This document shows, piece by piece, positions 39,712 through 56,375 of a stretch of DNA of 64,000 nucleotides. A model generated the notes under the pieces. That model had not been told where the DNA came from and ran no database searches. It saw only the letters and a list, made by a program, of their open reading frames with translations. The position numbers and the translations under genes are program-made. The DNA is from the human T2T-CHM13v2.0 reference genome, Homo sapiens. Within the stretch, counting starts at the first letter, position 1; each line of letters opens with the position of its first letter. Location: the NCBI RefSeq assembly GCF_009914755.1, contig NC_060926.1; one strand, written 5' to 3'.

Positions 39712-40078
39712 TGCTATGGTCTGAATGTTTGTGTCCCTCCAAAATTCATATGTTGAAATCTAATCCCCAACCTGATAGTGTTAAGAGGTGTGGGGCCTTT
39801 CAGGCCTCTGATTAAATCAGAGGGAGGAGCCCTTGTGAATGGGGTTCATGCCCTTATAAAAGAAGCTGCAGGGATTTTGTTTGCTCCTTCTGCCATTTGA
39901 GTACACAGCTAGAAATGGCATCTATGAAGCAGACAGTAGGCCCTTACCAGATGCCAAATTTGTTGGCGCCTTGATCTTGGATGTTCCAGCCTCCAGAGCT
40001 ATGAGCAGTAAATTTCTGTTGTTCACAAATTGCGCAGTCTAAAGTGTTTCGTTTTACTAGGCTGAACAGACTGAGGCA
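39712..40078 (+). mobile_element. MLT1A/MLT1A0 solo LTR
   Basis: TGCTATGGTCTGAATGTTTGTGTCCCTCCAAAATTCATATGTTGAAA...GACTGAGGCA; TSD CTGAC / CTGGC. Confidence 0.85.
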
Positions 40079-42249
40079 CTGGCCCAGGGTTTAGCATTCA
40101 GAAGTGTTGCCCCAGGCATCAGCCTCTGGCTGCCAGCCTCTACAGCCCAGCTCACTTTGTGGGGATGGGTGGGGTAGGAATGTCCTTAGGGACTTGTGAG
40201 ATAAGCAGTGTCTTCAGAGCATGTTTTAGCCAGGATCTTTTTAAAGACATTCTTTAATCCTATACGGCCAATTGTCTCCTTTTAACCACTATTTTCTAAT
40301 GCTATCTTTACCGTGCAGAATGCAAGTCACAGATAATGTAACCCAACAACAAACACAATTCTCCCCCAAAAAATCAATGCAATTTCCTAACTGTAATGTA
40401 AAAGGAAAAAAAAAGGAAAGTCATGCGGAGTCAAACAGGCATTTCATCATGTAAATGCGTGGGCCCACCTGTCCTAAGACAAAATGAAATAGCCAGATCT
40501 TTGTACCTGTTGGCAAAATCACCTATAAATGCAACATCTCCAAATACAGGATTTATTTGGTGACTCATATTACAGGAGTGGCTCTATCATCAATAATATA
40601 ACTTTTTTTATGGTTAATAACTTGTAAAGTTCAGAACAGAAAGTATGTTCTTAGCTCATTATACATGGTAGTTGTATTCTGGGACAATTTTAAATGTGTT
40701 AAAACTATGCAAAAATTAGGTTATCCCCATAGGTTTTCCTGACCAGTGGGGTCTTAGTGTGCACAGAAGGTCAGAAACCCCTGGGTGCTCATTTACAATG
40801 CAGATTTTAGTCCCATCCTTGAGATTCAGCAAGTGTGAGGTAGGGCTTTGGAATCTGCATTTTTAATGAGCACCCCAGGTTATCCCAGTGCAGTTAGTGG
40901 GTCCAAGGATAAGTGGTTTTTCACTTAAGCTAAGGATCAGTCACAGGATGACTAATCAGATTTTTGGTGAGGCTTGGTAAGGAACATTTCTAGTGCCATT
41001 GATTTTTACATTAAATGTTTTTTTTCCCCAAAAGCTCAGGTGATGGGACATTCTGAAATCCTAGCACTCCCTAGGGTTTTCTAGGGCATGAGGGTGTGCG
41101 GAGGCTGAATGGAAGAGAGGACGGGGCTGATCGGGTCTCCATACACAACTCCTTGGTGCTTGTGACCTTGAGCAAGTCACTCCACCAGAGCCACGTTGTG
41201 ACTCTTGGGGGCCCAAGACTGGGTTTAGTAGACCTCTTCCTCCATTTAAAATAAAAAATTATATTTTCATGACTGTGTCCAGGATGAATTGTATTCATTT
41301 TTTCCTTCTGACTTTAAAAGAAAGAAAATTCTCATGGGCCCCTAAAAGTTTGGTGGGCCTTTAGGCACTTGTTTAAGTTGGCCTCACACCTCTCTGGACA
41401 TTCATTTCTTCACCTGAAAAATGTGATGGTAGCTACTTTGCAGGTATGTTGTGGGGATTTGATCTGATGGGAGTAATTCCCTCTGAGTACTTACTACCTG
41501 GCACAAGCTAGGAGTTATCATACATGGGCAAAGAGAAAGCATTCCATTTAACAGTGACCCTTTGTACAGGTACTTATAAAAGGATCAGATCTGTCTAATC
41601 ACTGTGTAATTTTTCTTAATTAACCATGCTGTTTACATGGAGATTCTTTTCCCTCCTAATCTTCATTCTTATTCATGCTAGCGCTCATTTCATGCATCCT
41701 GGTGATTCCCACCATCTGTAGGGTTTGACAGCTCTCCCACCCTTTGGGAGGATGGTGCAGTCACGTATTCATCTATTAAAGGAGAATGAATGGAGATGCA
41801 CTGGGCCTTACTGCTGTTGGATTTCTTAATCTCAGTACGAGAAATTCTAATTTCTGCCTAAGTCCCTGTTCTGTACTGTGCCCCTTTCTTCCTTGGCTAA
41901 TGAAATTAGCCAAGTCTCTCAAGTTGACTTGAGAGACTCAAAAGAAAACTTGGTAGTTAGCAAGTGGTGTGATGTCCTGGGGTTAAGTGAGGGCGTTGGC
42001 TAGCCAGAACTATGATGGAGCAGAAACAAGATGTCATGGAAGGTAAGAGAGCTGGCCAGTTGGTAGAGGGGAGAATTGGGCACATAAAAAGAAAAAACAG
42101 ATGCTGGGAGAGGGAGTGAGAATGAAGGGCAGTACCCCAGGAAGGAGATTTTGGTCTCTTTCCTGTAGGAACCCAGGAAATCACTATTCCTTAAAACCAA
42201 GGAGATTGACTAACACTGTACCTTTTTAAGAGGACTTGATATTGCTCTT

Positions 42250-43330
42250 CAATTGTAAAACCATTCAGTCAGCTTGTGAACAGGTATCTCTCTGGGGATA
42301 CTATGGGAAAAGCCCTGCCCTCAGTGAGCATATAGTTTGCTGGAGGGGAGTCACACTCCATCGACAAACAATTAAGACTGCTTCAGGTCTTCCAAAGTGT
42401 TCTGAAAAGACAAAGACAGGCAGGAAAAAAGGGTGGTGAGTGGTTGCTTTTGGTAGGCTAGGGTGATAACTGAAAAGTTGCAGGTGAGGCTTCAGGGAAG
42501 GAAAGGATGATAATACATAGACCTGCAGGAAGAGTGTTTACAGCAGAAGGAGCAGCAAGTGCAACGGCCATGGGTCAGGAACAAGCTTCGGCATGTTCAG
42601 GAGAGGACAGAAGGCCAGAGTTGTGTGCATGGCATGTGAGTAAGAAAGAGAGTAGGAGAGAGGTCAAGGGGTAGGCAGTGGCCAGACCATGTAGGTAATG
42701 GTCCAGTTTGGAGTTTGCTTGTAGCCAGAAGCCCCTGATAATTTTATACCTGTGAGTGACATCCTCTGACATTTACACTTCAGAAAGATGGCTTTTAGCC
42801 CTGCGGAGGGTGGGGCTAGAGCAGGCAGGAAGACGAGCTAGGAGCCTATTGCTATAATGTGGGTGGGAGGTGAGGGTAGCTTGGAATGAGATTGAAATAG
42901 TGGAGATAGTGAAAATAGATTTGGGGTACATTTTGGAGGCAGAGCTGGTAGATACTGATGGATTAAATATGAGGGGTGGGAAGGAGTGAAGAGAACGTAC
43001 ACATGAGGGCTTAAGGGTCTTGCTGGAGCAGCCGGAGTGGGAGATGCTGTTTGCTGAGCTGCTTTGTGCGTCTGTCAGAAAGCAGCGGCTCTCTTTCGGG
43101 CCTGCTAAGCTGGGGATACATACTAAACACTGAAGTGGAGCTCATGAGTGGCACATGGATGTTTGGATCTGGACCTTGTTCAGTTGAGGGGTCAAGGATA
43201 GATACATGAATTTGAGAGCCTCCACTTACAGTTGGCATTTGCAGTCGTGGGACAGGGTACACTTGCTGAGGGAGAGAATATGGATAGAGAAGAGATTTGA
43301 GGACAGAGCCCAGGGGTGTCCCAACAAGGT
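42250..43330 (-). mobile_element. L2 LINE fragment
   Basis: GAACAAGCTTCGGCATGTTCAG..AAGGCCAG..GTAGGAGAGAGGTCAAG..CCAGACCATGTAGG..GGAGCCTATTGCTATAAT pattern. Boundaries approximate. Confidence 0.6.
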
Positions 43331-43961
43331 GAGTTCTGGGAGAGAAGTCAGCTGGGGAATTGCTTCAGTGTCCTGAAGGCAGATCAATGAGAAGGAGCAG
43401 TTCTATAAATAGAAATCCCTGCAGAGATGTTAGAAAACCAGCATTACAGCATGCCAAGAGATAGAATAGTGATTAATAACTGCTTAAAAGTGTATGTTCT
43501 GCCACTGGAATGCTAGGAAAGCTACCCAAAAAGGCTGTTCCTAATTGAGGAATATGGTTCTTAAATGTTTACATTGCCTTATATTTGTGATAGGGATTAT
43601 TGGCTTTGTGAGCAAAGCTCTTTGACATTTGTGGATGGAGTGTACTCATTATTGAGAGGAATTTTCTGAAATGAATGTCAGTTCCTTTTTTCCCCTAAGC
43701 TTTGCTTTGAATTACTATACAGTTTACTTAAGAAACCTGTGATCAGCGAGAGGAAAGAGAAGTGATTTCTGAAGCTTCTAATGGCCACTTCCTGCTGAGT
43801 CTTAGCATTCTATCCTGTCAAGTATGCTAATGGGAGAAGGAGCAACATCTCTGGATACAAAGGATCGCCAGGATGCTGATGTGAATAGTAGGGGTGAGCT
43901 AGCTCTGTCCTCATGCCCAGACCTTGTCCTGATCTGTAGCACACATTTGAGAGACAGGAGC

Positions 43962-44900
43962 TGTATTAATTGCCTATTGCTGCTGTAACAAATTATTACA
44001 CTTAGTGGCTTAAAAGAACATGTTTATTTTATGGTTCTGGAGGTAAGAAATCTGAAACGGCTCTGTAGTAGGCTAACACCCTCCAGGTGTTAGGCTGTAA
44101 CTCCTGAAACGTGGATGTAGCCTTATGTGGAATAAGGGTCTTTGCAGATGTGATTAAGCACCTTGAGATAGGGCAATTATCGTGGATTGTCAAGATGGGC
44201 CCTAAATGCCACCTCAAATGTTCTCCTCACAGAGATGCAGAGGAGGATTACTCAGAAGAGAAGGCAGTGTGACCACAGAAGTAGGAATTAGCATGCTGTG
44301 GCCACAAGCCAAAAAATACATGCAGCCACCAGAAGCTGGAAGAGGCAAGGAACCGACTGTCCCTAGAGCCTCTGGAGGGAGCACGGCCCTGTCCTGCCTA
44401 CCCCTTCGCTTCTACCCAGTGATACCAATTTCAGACATCTGGAGTCTGGAACTGTGAGAGAAGAGTTTTCTGTTGTTTTAAGCCACTAAGTATAGGTAAT
44501 TATTAATGACAATTTGTTATAGCAGCAATAGGGAACCAATACAGAGTCTCACTGGGCTAATCCAGTGTCAGCAGGACTGTGTTCCTTTCAGGAGGCTCTT
44601 AGAATCTGTTTTCTTGACTCTTCCAGCTTCTAGAGTCTGTCCACATTCCTTCACTCATGGCTTCTTATGTCTTCAAGCCAGTCTTTGACACTTTTTAGAT
44701 AGTGATTCTTCTGCTTCCCTCTTCCGCATTTAAGGACGCTGTGATTGCATTAGACCCACCTTGATAATTATCTTAAGGTCAGCTGATTAGCTACCTTAAC
44801 TCCATCTGCATCCTTAATTGCCCTTTGCCATGTAAGGTGTAACATACTCAGATTCTGGGGCTATGACAGAGACATCTTTAGGAGCTGTTATTTTGCCTTA
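43962..44900 (-). mobile_element. MLT1D-like LTR (minus) interrupted by a nested MLT1
   Basis: TGTATTAATTGCCTATTGCTGCTGTAACAAATT... to 44063, resuming at 44544 with GTCTCACTGGGCTAA..CAGTGTCAGCAGGACTGTGTTCC. Confidence 0.75.
44064..44543 (+). mobile_element. MLT1D-like LTR (plus), nested
   Basis: TGTAGTAGGCT...GGGTCTTTGCAGATGTGATTAAG...CAGCCACCAGAAGCTGGAAGAGGCAAGGAA...AATACA; TG..CA ends. Confidence 0.82.
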
Positions 44901-46670
44901 AAAAGGAGGCAATTATTTAAGTATATAAGGTGAATAGTTAGGTCTTTCTCTCCAGGAAACCTAACTTGTCATTCAGCGGTTACCATGCATGGGTATCTTC
45001 TTCCAATTGCCTGAGCCAGCCAGACTTTCATGTTTGAGCATTCAGATTGGGCTTTATTTCTCAAGGCATGTGGCAAACCTCACAATGACACTGAAAGGTT
45101 AAAAAAAAAAAAAAGAAAAATACAGTTGCTTACCAGAGATACTGATCGTTTACTTCTGCTAGGATCAGAAGAGATTTTAAGAGCTTAGTGGCAAATCCTG
45201 ACCTTGGAAAGCCCTGCCTTACCAGGGGTCTTGTGCAGAGGTGTTATTGAGATCAGACACCAGGTTGCAGTGATATGTATCATTTGTGCTCTTGCCATCT
45301 ACCGCCCCCTGCCTGCCACCAAGCCAACCTCAGGAGGTCTTTGCCCAGAGGCTTGGCAAGATGACTTTCCACAACTCAGGGAGGTTTTAAGGAGAGGGAT
45401 TAGCATTGACTCTGATACCTTGTTGGTTTGTGTGTCATAACTTAAAGGTCCATGCTTCTCAGCTGGCCAGTGGTCACACCTGATTGGAAGGTGAAAAGAC
45501 TTTGCGTTCTACTTCCAAAAGTTTTCACATTTGTCACACTGTCCTAACCCTATCAGCTTTGTTGCTATCATTGTAGTGAGGCCTGCCTAGGGATGATAAG
45601 TGAAGGATCCCCAAGGACACATTAAGACAGCACATAGAATCAGAGTTTTCAGACTCTTGGCCGAACTTTTTTTTTTTTTAAGCAGACCAGTATTTTCCAA
45701 ACTTTGGACTTAGTTTCCACCATATTCACGTTACCACCTATACTTGTTACTTAACATATTTTCTTCAGTTTATCCTGCATCAACTCATTTATTTTAATTT
45801 GGTCTCATTCTAATTGACAGCATGTAGCAGCTTATGAATTTGATGTGCGTATGCATGTTGCAACAAATACTTAACTATTAGTATGTATGCTACGGTGTAA
45901 ATGTACCACACTCAGAAAAAACCTTATTAGACCATCCTGACTGTTTAGGAAGCTTGGTGCCCAAGGGAAATAGTCTTTGACCATCAGCCAGAATTTGGTT
46001 AGTTTCAGCAGATAAGAGAGTAGCTGGTAAGCTACTTAGGAACATTTTAAGTAGAATATGTGAGAAATGAGGATAGGATATGCCTTTATTCCCAGCAGGC
46101 AAAAACATGCATTTATTTACTATAGTTGTTATAATATAAATAACATAGATGCATATGTATACCAGAAACATGGTCTTTATCCCATTTGTGGATAAAAGCT
46201 AAGGAAGAACTTGTATTACTTATGTATGAAATGCCCAAGGGAACAGAGCCTAGACAAGTTCTGAAACTTAATATCTAGGGAATGTAAACATTTAATAAAA
46301 CATTACCTTACCCACCTATGTGGCCTTTCTTGGCTGGACTTCTAAAAAATTTTGTTTTTATACCATATTCTTTGTTTTAGGAAAGCATTATCTTACTCCC
46401 AGCCTCTGGGGAAAATAAATAACCGAGAGAATCAATAAGGAGATGCCCCAGTGTTGTGGTCAGTGTCTGTTTTTCCCCAGTGTTCTGGGAGCAGGGTTTC
46501 CTGGTGTTCTGTTACATCAGCATGAAGGAGGCCTTGTGCATGGGAAGACCCAGACCTCACTTCCCCTGTGTCACTTGCAGTCACTTGTCTTCCTCTTTTG
46601 TTTTTGTGTATTTACCGGGGATGAGGAGGTGGATGGGCAGAGGGATTGTATATAGAACTGGCTTATTTTT

Positions 46671-50092
<3,422 letters not shown>

Positions 50093-51789
50093 TTATTTTT
50101 AACATAACAACATAAAACCCCGTAAAATGATCAACTTGATCTTTGGGTTGCCTCTTGCCCAGCCTTGGGAAAATGTTAAATCAGAGCTCTCTGGAAATTT
50201 GGGACAGCTCCAACTTCCTGAAAAATCAAGAATCGAGTTTTCCATGGAAAATGGTGGGAAGAGGTTGGATTTCCCCATACTTTCAGTCTGTTTCCCTCTT
50301 CTTCATTGTATTCTTGCACTTCTCCAGAGATAATCCTCTATTATTCAGTTCCAGTGTATCCAACTATTATCTTCCAGAGAGAGGGAAGATATCAGTAAGA
50401 CCTTGAGACTTGCTTGTCTCCTGAGTGATGGCGTAAGTGAGCCAGCTTGAATGCCGAGCTTCACTGGGCATAGAATGCTGATTTGCTGAAGTTGATGCGT
50501 GTGGGAAAATGTTTGTCTCATCTTCTCCTTGACATTGAAATACTGTTTTGCTGTTTGGAAGAGTCAGGTCTGCATAGGCCTTTTGGATATTTGCATTTTA
50601 TTTTCAGGAAGTCTTTGCTGCTGACTTGGGTAAAAGCATCACTTTGCATGCCCCTCACTTCATTTTCTTAGAGGAAAGAAAGGCAGCCAGATGACAGGCT
50701 GGTAACAAATTGGACTATTGGGCTGAATTTGCAGGTTGATAAATAGGTGGCCCAGGTGGTGAAATGAAGTGAAGTTGTGTTCAATCAGATACTGGACTGG
50801 CTTTGCAAACGTATTAAACACAGCCAGGTGAGGGAGACTTGGGAGCCCCCCCGCCCCCCACTGCTGCCTTTTAAATCTCATGTTCTAAAATGAAGAGGGT
50901 CAGTGTCAAAAATTCTGTTTCTCAAAATACTTGTGACACCAAATGTGGGTGTTTTTTTCCCCTCACACCAATGAATTATCCAACTCTCCAGGTAATAACT
51001 GGATGTCCTACAATTCAATTCTGACACTACCGGGAGTTATTGCATACCCTACAAGTTTAGGGCTCAGTCCCACAAAACTGCCCCCACTTCAGACACCAGT
51101 CACAAGTCCCATGTTGTTACCTGTACTTCTGACCAATTGGCTGTATATTGAGGGGTTCCTACAACCCCCTCTTCAATTTGATAATTTTCTACAATGGCTC
51201 ACAAAACTCAGAAACATTTACTTATATTTGCTGGTTTGTTGGAAAGGATATTACCAAGGATACAAATGTTCAGGTGAAGAAGTACATTTGATGAGGTCCA
51301 GAAGGGTCCTAAACACAGGAGCCTCTGTCCTTGTGGAGTTGGGGTATGCCACCTTCTTGGCGCATGGTTGTGTTCAGCAACCTGGAAGTTCCCTGAACCC
51401 TGTCATGTGGGACTTCATGGAGGCCTCATTATGTAGGGACGATCGATTAAATCAATGTCCACCCTTTCTTCCCTCCCCAGAGATTTTAGGGGTGGGACTG
51501 AAAGTTCCAATCCTCTAGTCATACAGTGGTCTTTGTGGTAGCCAGTCCCATCCCGAAGCTATTTAGGGACCTCAGCCACCAGTCAATAGCATACAAAAAG
51601 ACATTTCTCCCCACCCCACCCTATATTCCTAATACAAAGCTCCCTAAGGCCTTCATAATTTCCCAAGTGATAGGATGAGAAGAGTGTCTTTTGTTATAAT
51701 ATTTGGTCTTACTCCCTAGTTCCCTTCCAAAGAGCTTCCAAGACCCTTGAAAGCTCTATAGCTAGCTTGTCCAACCCATGGCCCAAGGG

Positions 51790-51888
51790 CTGGCTGCCTT
51801 TCTTTCCTCTAAGAAAATGAAGTGAGGGGCATGCAAAGTGATGCTTTTACCCAAGTCAGCAGCAAAGACTTCCTGAAAATAAAATGCA
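51790..51888 (-). repeat. Perfect 99-bp inverted duplicate of 50592-50690
   Basis: CTGGCTGCCTTTC...GAAAATAAAATGCA is the exact reverse complement of TGCATTTTATTTTC...GAAAGGCAGCCAG. Confidence 0.97.
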
Positions 51889-52095
51889 GGAGTGTTCAAT
51901 CTTTTGGCTTCCCTCGACCACATTGGAAGAAGAATTGTCTTGGGCCACACATAAAATACACTAACGATAGTTGATGAGCTACAAAAATTGCAAAACCAAT
52001 CTATGTTTTAAGAAAGTTTATCAGTTTGTTTTGGGCCGCATTCAAAGCTGTCCTTGGCTGCATTTAGCCCTTGGGCCATGGGTTGGACAAGCTAG
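51887..52095 (+). mobile_element. MER30 element
   Basis: CAGGAGTGTTCAATCTTTTGGCTTCCC..CACATTGGAAGAAGAATTGTCTTGGGCCACACATAAAATACACTAACGATAG...GGTTGGACAAGCTAG. Right TSD-like CTATAGAG is present; the left copy is missing. Confidence 0.9.
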
Positions 52096-52339
52096 CTATA
52101 GAGCTTTCAAGGGTCTTGGAAGCTCTTTGGAAGGGAACTAGGGAGTAAGACCAAATATTATAACAAAAGATACTCTTCTCATCCTATCACTTGGGAAATT
52201 ATGAAGGCCTTAGGGAGCTTTGTATTAGGAATATAGGGTGGGGTGGGGAGGAACAAATATTTATGTCGCAACCTAACAGCCAACGAACATTTTAAGTCAT
52301 TGAGGTAACTTAGTAAGCAAACCAGTACCCTTGATTTTA

Positions 52340-53460
52340 GTTTTAACTTTCTGATATGTATTATATCAGAAAAATACACATCCCACATGTAGAGCTTGAT
52401 GAGTTTCAAATGGACACCCACCTAACCACCAGATACACAGAGCATTCTCAGCCTTCAGAAGCCCCCTCATGTCCTCTCTTCCAGCTTCTACCTCTACAAT
52501 CCCCACGCCTCAATCCTGACTGTTTTAGCACTCTGTATAAACTCATAAAATGGAAACTATTTTATGTTTGCTTTCTTTTGCTCAGTATTATGTTTGTGAA
52601 ATTCATGTATATTGTTGCATGTAATCATTCTCATTGCTGTATAGTATTCCATTGTGTGCATATACCAAAATTTATTGATCCACCCATTCTACCGTAGATG
52701 GGCATTTAGATAATTTCCAGTTTTCAGCTACTAGGATTAGTGCTTCTGGAAACATTCTAGTATATGATATACACATTGCCATTGAATGGTGAACATAGGT
52801 ACACATTACAGTTGACTCTTGTCTTAGGCTGTTAGGTGTTGCTATAATACAACACCTGGGACTGGATAGCTTATAAAGAAAAGAGGTTTGTTTGTTTTTT
52901 TAGCTCACAGTTCTGGAGGCTGGGAAGTTCAAGACTGGGTGGCTACATCTGCTCAGCTTTTGGCGAGGGCCTCATGCTGCATCAAGACGTGGTGGAAAAA
53001 TGGAAGAGGAACAGGCATGTGTGGAGAGGGACCAAACATGAGAAGGGATTTGGCTTTATTAACAACCTGCTCTCAAGGAAGCTTATCCATTCTCAAGAGA
53101 TTGAGAACTCAGTCACTCTCTTGATACTGCATTAATCCTATTCATGAGGGATCCGGCTCCATGACCCAAACACATTGCAACTGAAGTCAGCTAAACTTCC
53201 TTGTAAGTTTCAGCCAGTAAATCCATATCCAAACCATAGCAAGTATATACTTAGAAGTGGGATTTTGGGATCATGGGGGTACACATGTTTAGCAATATGA
53301 GATACTGCCAGTTTTCCTAAGCAGTTGTATCAATATATAATTGTACCAGCAGTGCATGAGAGCTTCCTTCCCTCACATCCTCTCCATGGTTGGTATTTGT
53401 CTTTTTCACCTTAGCCATTCTGGTGAGTATGTAGTGGAATTAGTCTGTGGTTTTAATCCC
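52340..53460 (-). mobile_element. Old L1M fragment split by an MST LTR
   Basis: GTATAGTATTCCATTGTGTGCATATACC..GATGGGCATTTAGATAATTTCCAG.. continues after the LTR as AGTATATACTTAGAAGTGGGATT..TTAGCCATTCTGGTGAGT. Confidence 0.65.
52820..53241 (-). mobile_element. MST-family LTR
   Basis: TGTCTTAG..GTGTTGCTATAA..TTATAAAGAAAAGAGGTTT..GCTCACAGTTCTGGAGGCTGGGAAGTTCAAG...ATCCAAACCATAGCA. Confidence 0.8.
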
Positions 53461-54761
53461 ATCCTTTATTTTTGATTCTGAAGGACTTGGTTATCTGCTT
53501 GGTGCTTTTAATGGACTCTAATCTCCACTGTCTTTAGACGGTGACCTTAGAAAGGCATTATTATTAACTTTTCAGAAAGGCTGATGTGTTCCATTAGATT
53601 CCATCATCTCTCAGTGGTTCTGTAAGAAGCTGGTAAAGTCGGTGTCTTGTACTGAATTATATTCTGCTCTCACCATATGTTTGGTTTGTTGCAGTGAGAT
53701 CAGCAGAAATAAGGAACCAAGTCCAAATGAGGCGAGCTTAATTTGAGCTAGCAGAATTTATTAGTATTAAACCGGGACACTTATAGTTCTATACAGGGCC
53801 AGTCAGTGGGTGAAAGATGGCTAAGTCTGAAGCTTGTTCATGTTGTCGTCCTATGAGACCGAACTTGATTTTCAGGTTTTGAGTGGGAAATTCCCATGTT
53901 GTGATCCGATATACTTCCAGGGTAGAGAATGAAGAAGAATGAAGGTGAAGTAGTTTAAAACCACTTGACAACTGAAAGCACAGCCATTGTGTTTCTTCCT
54001 TACCATGGAGTCCAGGTTTTTCTGTTTGTTGAGGCAATTTCAGGATCTACAGAATTTACTGTGAAAATCTTGAAGGAAAATGAAAGCTTGACTAGGAAAT
54101 AGGGCTGGCACAGGAAGCATACTAAAGAAACCCAGGTTGCCCTGTGTGATGGCGAAATGTGATTCATCCTCGAGCTGTGTTCCTGAGACAGTTCACACCT
54201 GACATAGGAAGGTGATTAATGAAGATGAATTTGGTATCAATTTTTATGCTGCTACTTTTGCCATTTCTGCTCTACCTCTAGGGGTGATTATTGTGGTTTC
54301 TCAGGTGCCCAGTGAATGAAGCAGGTGAGAGTGGGATCCTGAGCGGGCTGGGGAGATGTGACTATTGCTGTGCTTGAGAGTTAAGAGCCATAGGAATAGA
54401 TTGGCGCTCTAGTCTGCACATGACAGGAATCTGGCTTAGCATAGGGACCCTTTTGTCAGAAAATAAAGCCATGATGGGCTTGGCAGAAGACTATCTTTAG
54501 TAAGATAACGGAATGCTGTTTCCTAGGGCTGTGGTGGCCAGTTTCTCATAAACTATCTCTGTGGATTGTAGATGGAGGTTGTTCCAGGAGGCTGGCAGGA
54601 TCCTTAGGGGCCCCATGTTGACCATACCTAGCATGGTGTTGGGTAAAAATTTGTTAAATGAAATGTGGTTTTTGGGTATGATTTTCATAACTTACGCTAT
54701 TGCTGGTATTGCAAATGTGACTTGAGCAGAAGGGATGAGTGGGGTCTGAGGGAGAGAGAGT

Positions 54762-54762
<1 letters not shown>

Positions 54763-54800
<38 letters not shown>
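54763..54800 (+). repeat. (GT)n microsatellite
   Basis: Seen directly in the sequence. Confidence 0.97.
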
Positions 54801-54806
<6 letters not shown>

Positions 54807-55855
54807 TACCAAATGTGTTTTTGTAGCTGAAAGGAAGGAAATACATCTTTTTTGAGCACTTACAAGGGTCTGGGCTGTGCCAAACCTTTGGACTTTCATG
54901 TTAAATTAACTCATTCAATCTTATTTGAGTTTTCATTGTATGTATGTGAAACTGAGGCTCACGGGGCTTAATCTGCTAGACCAGAGTTACCTGAGAAAGC
55001 AGGTGTGGGTAGCTGAGAACTGAACTTGAAAGCCACCGTCAAGAGGAAATACATCATGGAAAGACACTGCATTGGCTGCCAGTGCAGCAATTAACCTCAG
55101 TAGGAACATTCATTAAAGTCCTTCATTTAAGAAGTATGATTGACTTTGGGTGATTTCCCAAATAGATGGCTGTAAATAAGGTTGGTTTTGTTACCTGGGC
55201 TTTTTCATTTTAGAAGACAAGCCCTGGGGCTCACCTCCTGCTGTGGATTTCTGACTTACAGTTAGAAAAAATAAGACTGGGCTCTTATTTGGTCCTCTTC
55301 TGAGAGAAAAGGACTGTTTAGTTCCACCAGATGAGTCCCTGAGGGCAGAAGACCATGTCTTTTGTATGCTAGATGTGAGTACAGTACTAGATGTTTAAAG
55401 ATGTTCTTATGCCTTGCCCTTTCCTTAAAGGATTTGACATCTTCACCAAAAATTGAGATTCTTTGAGAGCTGGTTCATGTGACAGATGATGTACATAGGG
55501 GGAGAATAAGACAGGTGATTAATAAACACTGCTGTTACTATTACTGGCTGGCAGAAGGTGTCAGTGGAAATGAGAAGCAGGTTCTTGGTCCTACTCTTCC
55601 ACTTTCCTTTTCAAGAAAGCTTAAGTGAGTCACAGTGGTATAGATGAGGGTGATGATGAATCTACACTAACTTAATCACTTGCAAAATTCAGAAATACTT
55701 TGTGCAAATGCCCCCACAGCAGATCTTGATGTATCTCGACTTGTTGCAACACCATGTTTAAGAACTGTGGTTCTCAGTCTGACACAGAACAAAGACTCAT
55801 AACCCCAGCCTCCTAGGAACTTCACTATCATAAATTAGGCTGTTCATTAATTCAA

Positions 55856-56375
55856 CGTATCAGTTAACTGTTACCACATGACACCCTGTCCCAAAACTTA
55901 ATGGCTTAAAACAGTAAGCCTTCATTGGTGTTCACTAGTCTGTGGGTGAGTTGGGTCGTTCTTTTAGTCTTAGCTGGGTTCACTACTGATGCAGGGGGCA
56001 GGGTGAGGGGTCAGGCTGCTGGTCTCAGCTGGGCTTTCTTATGTATTTGAGGGGTAGGCTGGCTGGATCTGGTCTAGGATGGGTTCCACGGGGCTCCCTT
56101 CCACATGGTCTGCCGTCCTGTGGCAGGCTAGCCCAGGCCATCTGCTTGGTTCTAAGAAGGAAGTAGAAGCATGCAGTACCTTTGGAGGCCCAGGTTGGGA
56201 CCTGGTGTACTGTGACTTCTGCATTTTATCAGCCAAAGCAAGGTGCAAGACTAGCCCAGATTCAAAGGGTAAGGATATAGACTTGTTGATGGGAGTTGCT
56301 GTTGAGTCTTATTGCAAGGGGAATGGGATACAGGGAGACTCTTAATTGGGACTATTCATTCGATTAGCCTGCCAC
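55856..56375 (-). mobile_element. Old MLT1 (G/H-like) LTR
   Basis: CCCAAAACTTAATGGCTTAAAACA...CAGGCTAGCCCAGGC...AGCCAAAGCAAG..AGCCCAGATTCAAAGGG...TGCCACA. Confidence 0.65.

Larger units (their letters stand above)
51607..52250. repeat. 185-bp inverted repeat (51607-51791 vs 52066-52250) with a 274-bp spacer
   Basis: Manual alignment gives 184/185 identity; the single mismatch is at 51686. Confidence 0.97.
50904..52270. mobile_element. MER21C-like LTR, interrupted by MER30 and templated inverted inserts
   Basis: GACACCAAATGTGGGTGTTTTTT..CAATTCAATTCTGACACTA..GGGCTCAGTCCCACAAAACTGCCCCCACTTCAGAC..CTGAAAGTTCCAATCCTCTA..GCATACAAAAAGACA. Ends approximate. Confidence 0.75.

Noticed and set aside
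50943-51518. 191-aa plus-strand ORF
   Set aside because: Lies wholly within a MER21-like LTR, with no similarity to a protein I recognise.
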